Shown piece after piece: positions 11,478 to 19,920 of a stretch of 64,000 bases of DNA (position 1 is its first letter; every line of letters starts with the position of its first letter). This DNA comes from an uncultured Myxococcales bacterium (GTDB lineage: Bacteria > Myxococcota > Myxococcia > Myxococcales > UBA5297). The stretch is from positions 15,481 to 79,480 of the forward strand of contig CALEOC010000153.1 in assembly GCA_937910285.1 (NCBI GenBank). Direction: 5' to 3'. Position numbers and translations under genes: made by a program. The notes under the pieces were generated by a model. The model made no database searches. It was not told where the DNA came from and saw only the letters and a program-made list of their open reading frames with translations.

Positions 11478-12502
11478 CGCTCACCTCCCTCGGGGCTCTT
11501 CGGCCCTGCGACCGGCTGCGCACCTCCGGGAAGCTCGGGCAGCTCGACCTCGGGCAGAACCCCGGTCAGCGACTCGAGGAAGGCGACCAGGTCCTCCTTC
11601 TCCGAGGCGGTCAACTGCAGGGGCACCATCAGCGGGTCGAGGTTGGGGTTGGGGATTCCGCCGCGGTCGTAGAGCTCGATGACGTCGCGCAGGGTGCGCT
11701 CCGAGCCGTCGTGCAGGTAGGGGAAGGTCAGGGCGACGTTGCGCAGCCCGGGAGTCTTGAACTTGCCGCGGTCGGCCGGGTTCTTGGTGGCGTCTTCGCG
11801 CCCGAGGTCGGGCTTGGGCCGGTCCATGCCGATTCCGACGTTGTGGAACGACTGATCGGAGAACAAAGGCCCGCTGTGGCAGGAGGTGCAGTGGGCTTTG
11901 CCGTTGAAAAGATCGGCGCCACTCCGGGCCGCGGGGCTTATCGCGTCCTTCTCCCCGGCCAGGTAGCGATCGAACGGGCTCGGTCCGGTGACGATGGTGC
12001 GTTCGAAGGCAGCGATGGCCTTGGCGATGCCGTCCGCGGTCACCGCAGTGCCAAAAACACACTGGAACTGCTCGACGTAGCCGGGGATGCCGTTGAGCTT
12101 GGCGACCACGTTCTCGAGGGTCTCGCCCATCTCCACCGGGTTGTGGATGGGGCCGAGGGCCTGCTCCTCGAGCGAGGCGGCGCGTCCGTCCCAGAACTGG
12201 AACTCCATGTAGGCCGAGTCGAGGACCGTGCCGGAGTTGCGGGTGCCGGTACGGCCGCCGATTCCGGTGTCGACCTTGCCGTGGTTTGCCCACCCGGTCT
12301 TCGGATCGTGGCAAGTGGCGCAGCTAATCGTGTTGTCGGCCGAGAGCCGGGGGTCGAAGTAGAGCTGCTTGCCCAGCCGCACCTTTTCGTCCGTCTGCGG
12401 ATTGTCCGCGGGGATGGGCACCGGCGGCAGGGGGCCGTCGAAGCCGAACTGTGCGTGTATCAAACCGCCGAGGGACACCAGGACGACAGCAACCCATTTC
12501 AT
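11474..12502 (-). CDS. Di-heme cytochrome c peroxidase (CCP/MauG family)
   Basis: CATCH and CTSCH heme motifs, FWDGRA, FKTPGLRNV, PYLHDG; 4-bp overlap with the porin gene. Confidence 0.93.
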   Translation of the reverse strand: MKWVAVVLVSLGGLIHAQFGFDGPLPPVPIPADNPQTDEKVRLGKQLYFDPRLSADNTISCATCHDPKTGWANHGKVDTGIGGRTGTRNSGTVLDSAYMEFQFWDGRAASLEEQALGPIHNPVEMGETLENVVAKLNGIPGYVEQFQCVFGTAVTADGIAKAIAAFERTIVTGPSPFDRYLAGEKDAISPAARSGADLFNGKAHCTSCHSGPLFSDQSFHNVGIGMDRPKPDLGREDATKNPADRGKFKTPGLRNVALTFPYLHDGSERTLRDVIELYDRGGIPNPNLDPLMVPLQLTASEKEDLVAFLESLTGVLPEVELPELPGGAQPVAGPKSPEGGER

Positions 12503-12647
12503 GGCTCACCCCACGATCGGCCGCCAGGCAAGCGTGCGGCGCTCGCCGCAAGGTGGTCATTGGCGCGGTCGTGAGGAATGAGTCCCTTCAGGGATTCGCG
12601 TGCTGCTGCCTCAAACAGGGACCTATCGAGGCTTCGACCCCAGCGGG

Positions 12648-13100
12648 CTACTGCGTCTGCGTGTTCTGCACGACCCGGCAGCTTCCGGCGCAGAGCAGGA
12701 CGTAGCTCGCTTGTCGCCCGCAACCGGTCGCGCCAAAGGTGTCGACGTTCAGGCGCTGAATCGCGATGGCGGCCGGCTCGCACTGCAGGTCGAAGCCCGC
12801 CTGGCGCTGGACTAGATCGAGCGCGTCGACCCCCTGGGGCTCGGGGCAGTAGCCGAAGATGTTGCAGCCGACGGTATAGCGCCGAAGCTTCTGGCATCCC
12901 TCGGCGTAGTAGAGCCCGGAGTCGGTGGGGTTATCGGCGCCGCTCGGGTTCGCTGCGGCCACCTCGAGCGAGGCTTCGGGGCACTGCATGTCGAGGCTCG
13001 CCTGTTCGCGTACGGCGGCCAGACCGCCGGCACCGCAGCCGGAGCCGATAATCCCAAGGGCGAGCCAAACAACGAGTGGGAGAGCGTTCTTGATGAGCAT
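12648..13100 (-). CDS. Cys-rich lipoprotein with two internal repeats
   Basis: GGAG RBS before MLIKNALP, lipobox GSGC, repeats QASLDMQC...EGC and QAGFDLQC...TGC. Confidence 0.7.
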   Translation of the reverse strand: MLIKNALPLVVWLALGIIGSGCGAGGLAAVREQASLDMQCPEASLEVAAANPSGADNPTDSGLYYAEGCQKLRRYTVGCNIFGYCPEPQGVDALDLVQRQAGFDLQCEPAAIAIQRLNVDTFGATGCGRQASYVLLCAGSCRVVQNTQTQ

Positions 13101-13455
13101 CTGGTCTCCGGATTGCCAAGAGCGCAGCCGCAATGCAGCCCAACGCTCCGCACGTTTCGAAAATGAAGCGCTGCTTCGATCTACTGCTGGCCGACCGGGC
13201 GGTTCGGGGGCCAAAGCTTCTTCGGGGGCTTTGAGTGGGCATTCGCAAGTACGCGAAGCTGCGGATGATGGCGGCAGCGCTCGCGCCGAGGTCGGAGTCG
13301 GGAGCGAAGCCGCGAATCCGACTCCGAGGCTCCGGCTGCTCGCCTCAACGCTCGGGATGACCGGAGCTCGCCCAAGTTGCTTGGACGATCGCGGAATGAG
13401 CTCTGGCGCGCGCTCCTCGCCGACTCTCGGCCTCATCGGCGCCACCCGCGACCCA

Positions 13456-14298
13456 TCACGCCCCCGCCGGCCGGATCGCCAGCATCTTGCGTTCGCCGAG
13501 CCCCTCGATCACCGGCGGCTCGACCCGCACCTCGTCGCGCCAGAACCGCTCGTCGGCGAGCAGCTCGACGATCGCCCGCAGGTGCCCGTCCTGCGTGAAG
13601 ACCACGCCCCCGGGGCGCACCTTCGGGAAGAGGTGGACGAGACAGGTGCGCGTCGAGGCGAGCAGGTCCACGTCGAGCAGAGCCACGTCGACCGGGCCCG
13701 CAAACCCCGGCATCGTCTCCTCGAACCAGCCCTTGTGCAGCTCGCAAACCTGGGGCGCGCCGAACCGCTCGACTACCCGCTTCACCGACGGCAGCCGACC
13801 GGCAAAGGCGCCGGCGCGGAAGTGGACCGCGCTGCCGTCGAGCCGGGTGTGCTGCTCGTCGTTGGGCGGGATGCCGCGGAAGGAGTCGAAGACGTGCAGG
13901 CGCCCGCCCGCTCTTGCGGCGACCAGGCTGAGCTTGGCGCTGCTCGCGCCCTTGGCCGCGCCGGCTTCGACCACGGTCAGCTCGGGTCGACCCGCGAGCC
14001 GGAAGATGGCGTCGACGACCGCGAGGATCTCGACCTGCGTGTGGTAGCAGCGCACCGCGTCGGTGGTCTCGACGAAGCGCCGCACGAGGCCCAGTCGCTC
14101 GTGCAGCGGCAGCTCGAGGGGATAGCGTGCGGTCAGAAACGAGAGCACCGCGCGCCTGTCGCGGGTGGCGAGCAGCTCGAGCGACTTGAGCTTGCGATAG
14201 AGCGACCCGGGCCCCCGCGTGCCGAAGCGCGAAGGGCCGCGCCGACCGCGGGTGCGGCCGGGAATCCAGCTCGGCAGCGTGTTCGAGAGTGAGCCCAC
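13456..14298 (-). CDS. TylF/MycF-like O-methyltransferase
   Basis: VVEAGAAKGAS, FDSFRGIP, KGWFEET, LDVDL and PGGVVF motifs. Confidence 0.85.
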   Translation of the reverse strand: MGSLSNTLPSWIPGRTRGRRGPSRFGTRGPGSLYRKLKSLELLATRDRRAVLSFLTARYPLELPLHERLGLVRRFVETTDAVRCYHTQVEILAVVDAIFRLAGRPELTVVEAGAAKGASSAKLSLVAARAGGRLHVFDSFRGIPPNDEQHTRLDGSAVHFRAGAFAGRLPSVKRVVERFGAPQVCELHKGWFEETMPGFAGPVDVALLDVDLLASTRTCLVHLFPKVRPGGVVFTQDGHLRAIVELLADERFWRDEVRVEPPVIEGLGERKMLAIRPAGA

Positions 14299-14373
14299 GG
14301 CCGACGGTATACACCATCGAGCCGCGACGGCGCGGCTGCTGCAGCGCCCCAGCTCATCCTCGTCGCCGTTCGG

Positions 14374-15357
14374 CTAGAACCCGATATCGAGCCCGACGTT
14401 GAGCGCGGTGTCGGTCGGCACCTTGCCCTCGGCGGGCCTGCTGTCGTGCTTGACGACGAAAGAGACGCCAAGGCTCAAGGCCGAGATGAGCCGGGCGCTC
14501 AGCTTGGTCGTCGAATTGACCAGCACGCGCGAGGGACCGAGGACCGTCGGTAGCACCTCGAGGTCCTCGCTGAAGATCACGTCGCGGGTGAGCGCGTAGC
14601 GGAAGATGACGCCGAGCTTCGGCGCGGCGATCAACACGTCCTCGATGTCCAGAGGGGTCGGGTAGTACTGGAAGCGCAGCTCCTCGCCGTAGCGGAACGC
14701 GAGGTCGGTCTGCAGCTTGAGGCGCGAGAAGTCGCCCTCCAGCTCGTCGAGCCACAGGATGCTCAGACCGGCTTCGCCATACGGCAGGGCCTCGATGCTC
14801 TTGACGTGATCGGTGCTCGCGCCCGCCAGCAGGTAGATCGCGAACAGCTCGCTGAGACGACGGTCCGCGCGCAGCTCCAAGAGCGCGTTGAGGGCCACGG
14901 TCTCCGGGACCAGGTCCGGGTCTTGCGGGCGGGTCTGGCCGTAGGCGCCGTTGGCTTTGAGCGCGAAGATCCAGTCCTCGGACTGCCGAGTCGCCGAGAG
15001 CGCTCCGGTCGTGGTGATCGACTGCGCGTTGCCGGTCAGCGAGATCAGCCCCGCGCTGATCACCCCGGACCAGGCGACCTCTTTCGTCTCGGGGACCGGC
15101 GCCTGCGCCGCTGGCGCTGCCTCGGGCGCAGCCGCCTTCGGTGCAGCCGCCTCCGCGAGTTGCTGCGCGGCCTTCGCGGCGCGCTCCGCGGACTCGGCCG
15201 CCGACTGTGCCGCGCGGGCAGCGCGCTCGGCAGACTCGGCCGCGCGCGCCGCGCTCTGCTCGCTCACCGAGGCCTGAGGCGGGACCGGCTCTGCCGGGGA
15301 ATCCGAAGCGGCTTGGCCGAGGCCGAGCGCGAGCACGAGCGACAGGACGGCTTGCAT
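14374..15357 (-). CDS. DUF481-like outer-membrane beta-barrel protein
   Basis: Signal peptide, Ala-rich linker, TGNA motif, C-terminal DSRP...DT...F. Confidence 0.8.
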   Translation of the reverse strand: MQAVLSLVLALGLGQAASDSPAEPVPPQASVSEQSAARAAESAERAARAAQSAAESAERAAKAAQQLAEAAAPKAAAPEAAPAAQAPVPETKEVAWSGVISAGLISLTGNAQSITTTGALSATRQSEDWIFALKANGAYGQTRPQDPDLVPETVALNALLELRADRRLSELFAIYLLAGASTDHVKSIEALPYGEAGLSILWLDELEGDFSRLKLQTDLAFRYGEELRFQYYPTPLDIEDVLIAAPKLGVIFRYALTRDVIFSEDLEVLPTVLGPSRVLVNSTTKLSARLISALSLGVSFVVKHDSRPAEGKVPTDTALNVGLDIGF

Positions 15358-15844
15358 GACGAGATCACTCCTTGCTGGTCTTGAAGGCGAAGAACGTGTC
15401 GCCGGGAGGCTGCCCGCTTCGATGCAGGGCTCAAGGGCCCGTTTCTCCCGGAGGTCCCGGCAGATGCGGTCGGCACCCTATAGGCTTGGCAAATCCTCGA
15501 GCAAGCAGGTTGCAGCCTGCGCGAGGGACCATCACGGCAGACCAGCGCCGCTCCGCTCGACCTATCGGCTGCTGGTCTCAGCGCTGCCGAGCTCGTTCCC
15601 AACCTGTCCAAGCAACTTGGGCCAACCCCGGACATCTCAGGAGTGTCGCGGGCGCAAAACCGGCCGGCGGGCGTTCGCAGTGCCCGGGAGCGTTTCTTCG
15701 ATGGGTGCTCAAACAGCGAAGAAGCCGTCGCTCGGCGCCTGCGCGAGCTTCAAAGCGTCCCCTCGCGCCGTCTGCGCGTAGCCGAGGCCGTGAAGTAGAC
15801 TCCGCTCCGGCTTTTCGGCCTTCTGTCCCCACACGAGAATCCCA

Positions 15845-18454
15845 ATGCCCACTCCGTCTGGCTCTTCGCCTCATCGCTGGCGCTTCTTTCGCGCCGGCGG
15901 CCTGGATCAAGTCCGCCTCGAGACGGGCGCCGACCTTGCCCACCTCGACCAGCTCGACCCCAAGCTCTGGGTCGCCCTCGCCTGCCCGGTCAAAGGGCTC
16001 GACTTCGACGAGCAGACGCTGGCGCTCATCGACACCGACAACGACGGCCGGGTGCGCGCGCCCGAGCTGCTCGCCGCGCTCGGGTTCTGCCGCGATGCCC
16101 TCAAGAGCCTCGACCCCCTCGTCGCCGGCTCCGACACCCTGAGGCTCGACGCGCTCGACGAGGCCAAGCCCGCGGGCAAGGCCGCGCTCGCCTCGGCGCG
16201 CAGGGTGCTCGAGAGCATCGACAAGGCCGACTCGGCCACCATCGGCCTCGCGCAGGTGGTCGACACCCGGGCGCTCTCCACCAACACCCGCTTCAACGGC
16301 GACAGCATCGTCACCGCCAAGACCGCCGCCACGCCCGAGCTCGAGAAGCTCATCGGGGAGATCGTCGCCGCCTTGGGTGGCGAGGAGGACCGCAGCGGCG
16401 CCCCGGGAGTCTCCCAGGCCAAGCTCGACGCCTTCTTCGCCGAGCTGAACGAGCTCGAGGCCTGGTCGAAGAAGGCCGAGGAGTCGGCCGCCGAGCTCCT
16501 GCCGCTCGGCGACAAGACCGCCGCGGCCGCTGCGGCCTTCGCTGCGGTCCAGGCCAAGGTCGACGACTACTTCACCCGCTGCCGCCTGGCGGCCTTCGAT
16601 CCGCGCGCCCAGGCGCCGCTCAACCGCGCCGAGGCCGAGTATGCGGCCATCGCCGACAAGACCCTCTCGTGCGCTGCCGACGAGGTGGCCAGCTTCCCCC
16701 TGGCCCGGGTCGAGCCGGGCCGCCCGCTGCCGCTGGTCGAAGAGGTGAACCCTGGCTGGAGCGCGCGGATGGCCGCGCTCACCGCGGACGCGGTCGCCCC
16801 GCTGCTCGGCGAAGGCCAGCGCGCGCTGACCGAGGGGCAGTGGGAGGAGCTACGCGGCAAGCTCGCCCCGCACCTGGCCTGGGCTGCCTGCAAGCCGGCG
16901 ACCAAGGTCGAGTCCCTCGGGCTGGGGCGCGTCCGCGAGATCCTCGCCTCGAATGCCAGGGAGGAGCTCGCCGCCTTGATCGAGCAGGACAAGGCCGGAG
17001 GAGCGGAGCTCGACGGAGTGGCGGCGCTCGAGAAGCTGCTGCGCTTCCACCGCGACCTGTTCCGCCTGCTGCACAACTTCGTGGCCTTCACCGACTTCTA
17101 CTCGCCCGAGCAGTTGGCCATCTTCCAGGCCGGCACGCTCTACCTCGACAGCCGCTCCTGCGAGCTGTGCGTCGAGGTCGTCGACCCCGCCCGCCACGCG
17201 ACGATGGCCGGCCTGTCGAAGTGCTACCTCGCCTACTGCGACTGCACGCGGCCCAACGGCGAGAAGAAGCAGATCGCCGCGGTCTTCAGCGACGGCGACA
17301 GCGACTACTTGATGGTCGGGCGCAACGGCGTCTTCTACGACCGCCAAGGGCGCGACTGGGACGCGACGATCACCAAGATCGTCGACAACCCGATCAGCAT
17401 CCGGCAGGCGTTCTGGTCCCCGTACAAGAAGTTCCTGCGGATGGTCGAGGAGCAGCTCCAGAAGCGCGCAGGCGCCGCCGACCAGGCCAATCAGGACCGG
17501 CTCGCGCAGGCGGCCGACAAGACCGCCAACGTGGACAAGGCCGCGGCGCCGCCCAAGAAGATCGAGCTCGGCACCATCGCCCTGATCGGCGTCGCCATCA
17601 GCGGCGCGGCCGCGGCCATCGGCGGCCTGCTCGAGGCCTTCTTCGGCCTGGGCCTCTGGATGCCGGTGGGCCTGGCCGGCATCGTGCTCGCCATCTCCGG
17701 CCCCTCGATGCTCATCGCCGCCCTCAAGCTGCGCCAGCGCAACCTGGGCCCGGTGCTCGACGCCAACGGCTGGGCCATCAACGGCCGGGTCAAGGTCAAC
17801 ATCCCCTTCGGCGGCTCGCTGACTCGGATGCCTACCTTCCCGCGCGGCTCCGAGCGCAGCATGACCGACCCCTACCAGCCCAAGCGCAGCCCCTGGGCCT
17901 ACGCGGCCCAGGCCGCGCTCGTGCTCGCGCTCGTCGCCGGGACCGGAGTGCTCGGCTACCACAAGGGATGGATGCCTCGGCAGCTTGAGCAGCCGCTCGG
18001 CTTCCTCGGTGTGCCCGCACACCTCTCGCGCGCCAAGGCCCGCGCCCAGGAGCAGGTCGAGGAGGCGAGAAAGGCGGTCGCCAGCGCCCAGGAACAGCTC
18101 GACGCGGCGACCAAGGCGCTCGAGGCGGCCGCCGACAAGGACCCCGCGACGACCGCCCGAGCCCAGGCGCGGCTTGCGCGCGCACAGGCCAGGAACGAGA
18201 GGACCCTCGACCGGCTCGAGCTGCTCGAGAGGCGCCTCGAGCGCACGAGCGCCGCGCTCGAGACCGCGGTCGACGTCCAGCAGGCGCGCGAGGATGAGCT
18301 CGAGGCGGCCGCCGCGGCCGAGGAGCGGGCCGAGCTCGAGGCCGAGGCCGCCCGAGAAGCGGCCCGCGCGGCCGCTGATCCGGCGCCCGCCACGCCTCCG
18401 AGCGAGGCCAAGGCGCCGGCCGAGCCTGCGCCGGTTGCCGACTCGGCACCGTAG
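15845..18454 (+). CDS. Large uncharacterised membrane protein with EF-hand-like loop, transmembrane segments and C-terminal coiled coil
   Basis: 869 aa with strong GC3 codon bias; DTDNDGRVRAPE loop; hydrophobic segments at about aa 575-625 and 690; E/A/R-rich tail. Confidence 0.8.
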   Translation: MPTPSGSSPHRWRFFRAGGLDQVRLETGADLAHLDQLDPKLWVALACPVKGLDFDEQTLALIDTDNDGRVRAPELLAALGFCRDALKSLDPLVAGSDTLRLDALDEAKPAGKAALASARRVLESIDKADSATIGLAQVVDTRALSTNTRFNGDSIVTAKTAATPELEKLIGEIVAALGGEEDRSGAPGVSQAKLDAFFAELNELEAWSKKAEESAAELLPLGDKTAAAAAAFAAVQAKVDDYFTRCRLAAFDPRAQAPLNRAEAEYAAIADKTLSCAADEVASFPLARVEPGRPLPLVEEVNPGWSARMAALTADAVAPLLGEGQRALTEGQWEELRGKLAPHLAWAACKPATKVESLGLGRVREILASNAREELAALIEQDKAGGAELDGVAALEKLLRFHRDLFRLLHNFVAFTDFYSPEQLAIFQAGTLYLDSRSCELCVEVVDPARHATMAGLSKCYLAYCDCTRPNGEKKQIAAVFSDGDSDYLMVGRNGVFYDRQGRDWDATITKIVDNPISIRQAFWSPYKKFLRMVEEQLQKRAGAADQANQDRLAQAADKTANVDKAAAPPKKIELGTIALIGVAISGAAAAIGGLLEAFFGLGLWMPVGLAGIVLAISGPSMLIAALKLRQRNLGPVLDANGWAINGRVKVNIPFGGSLTRMPTFPRGSERSMTDPYQPKRSPWAYAAQAALVLALVAGTGVLGYHKGWMPRQLEQPLGFLGVPAHLSRAKARAQEQVEEARKAVASAQEQLDAATKALEAAADKDPATTARAQARLARAQARNERTLDRLELLERRLERTSAALETAVDVQQAREDELEAAAAAEERAELEAEAAREAARAAADPAPATPPSEAKAPAEPAPVADSAP

Positions 18455-18500
18455 AGCTGCCGCGAGGGGGCACTCCGGGTTGGCGCCCCTCGATGACGAA

Positions 18501-18542
18501 GACGGGCCCGACCGCCATTGCGGCCGGGCCCGCTCGTTTTTG
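18501..18542 (+). terminator. Probable rho-independent terminator
   Basis: CGGGCCCG-ACCGC-CATT-GCGG-CCGGGCCCG stem followed by a T6 tract, downstream of the 18454 stop. Confidence 0.6.
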
Positions 18543-18988
18543 GTCCGGCCAGTGCTGGCCGCGCGGCCCGCTGCGCAGCCCCCAGATACAGCTCGCGCCG
18601 GCGCTCCCGAGGCTCAGGTCACACTTCTCCAGGTAGACCGCCTCCTGGTCACAGCCGCGCACCATCGCCTGGTCGGCGCTGAGGATCACGATCTGGAGCC
18701 GGTGCTGCGCGCACTCGAGATCCGGCGCGGCTCCGGTCGCGCCGCAGCCCGAGGCTCGCTGCATCGTGCCCTCCGGTAGGGATCGAATCCGAACGCCGAG
18801 GTCGATTCTCCTTCCTGCGAGCCGGCGTGCTCTTGCGCGCCCGTCATCTGAGCGAGCGCGCCGGCCCTCCCAACAGCCCTGCCAGCTCAAGATCACAGCC
18901 GGCCAAGCGACCGCCACGAAAAAGACCAGCGGGCCGTGCGCCGGCAGGAAGCTGCTAGATTGCCGCGCCTCTCGGTCCTGGAGCGAGC

Positions 18989-19729
18989 GTGGCGCTTCTC
19001 TGGCGAAAGCAGAAAGACGGCACGACCTACGAGGTCCGCTCGGCGGGAAGAACGCGGCGGCTCTACACGGACGGCGTCTTCCACTCCCAGTTGAACCTCG
19101 GCCGCCCGGTCAACGGCGGGCTGTGGGATCTGCTCGTGCTGCCGGCCTTCCTCGTCCCCGAGGGCAGAGTGCGTCGCGTCCTCGTCCTGGGCGTCGGCGG
19201 CGGCGCGGTGCTGCGACAGCTCCAGCATTTCTTCGAGCCCGAGGTGCTCGTCGGCGTCGAGCTCGACCCGGTCCACCTCTACGTCGCGCGCCGCTTCTTC
19301 GGCCTGCGGGGCCGCAACTTCGAGCTGCACCAGGCGGATGCCGTGGCCTGGGTCGAAAGCTACGAGGGGCCGCCCTTCGACCTCATCGTCGACGATCTGT
19401 ACGGCCAGGTTGACGGCGAGCCGGTGCGCGCCAAGGCCGGCGCCCGCTGGATGTCGACGTTGACTCGGCGGCTCTGTAGGCACGGCGTGCTGGTGATGAA
19501 CTTCGTTGCCCGCCACGAGATGCACGGCTCGGCACTCGGTCACCGCGCGGCCCGGCGCTTCGGCTCGATCTTCGAGCTGACGCACCCGCTGCTCGACAAC
19601 TCGGTCGCGGCCTTCACGCTGCAGCCCTCGACCATCGACTCTCTGCACAGGCGCCTCGAGGCGGTCGCCGAGCTCGATCCGCGGAAGAAGACCTGTCCCC
19701 TGCGCTTCCAGATCCGGCAGATCGCCTGA
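18989..19729 (+). CDS. Spermidine synthase-like SAM-dependent methyltransferase
   Basis: VLVLGVGGG, VELDP, DAVAW and FDLIVDDLY motifs. Confidence 0.8.
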   Translation: MALLWRKQKDGTTYEVRSAGRTRRLYTDGVFHSQLNLGRPVNGGLWDLLVLPAFLVPEGRVRRVLVLGVGGGAVLRQLQHFFEPEVLVGVELDPVHLYVARRFFGLRGRNFELHQADAVAWVESYEGPPFDLIVDDLYGQVDGEPVRAKAGARWMSTLTRRLCRHGVLVMNFVARHEMHGSALGHRAARRFGSIFELTHPLLDNSVAAFTLQPSTIDSLHRRLEAVAELDPRKKTCPLRFQIRQIA

Positions 19730-19807
19730 AGAAGACTCCTTCTTCGACTCCGTCCGCTTCCGCTCACCCTTCAGCGTCGCTCCCGACGCGCGCGAGCGGC
19801 GCGAGAG
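19730..19807. mobile_element. Partial MITE-like copy directly after a TGA stop
   Basis: CTTCGACTCCGTCCGCTTCCGCTCACC...AGCGTCGCTCCCGACGCGCG matches the copy at 59623. Confidence 0.6.
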
Positions 19808-19920
19808 GCGCGCTCGCAGAAAGCTGCCGCGGGAGGTCGAAAGCCCGCGGAGCCCCGCTCGGCTGTTCGCTCTCCGAGAATTCCCGTACCCTGCCGACAA
19901 ACCAAAACTGGGAGCCCATC

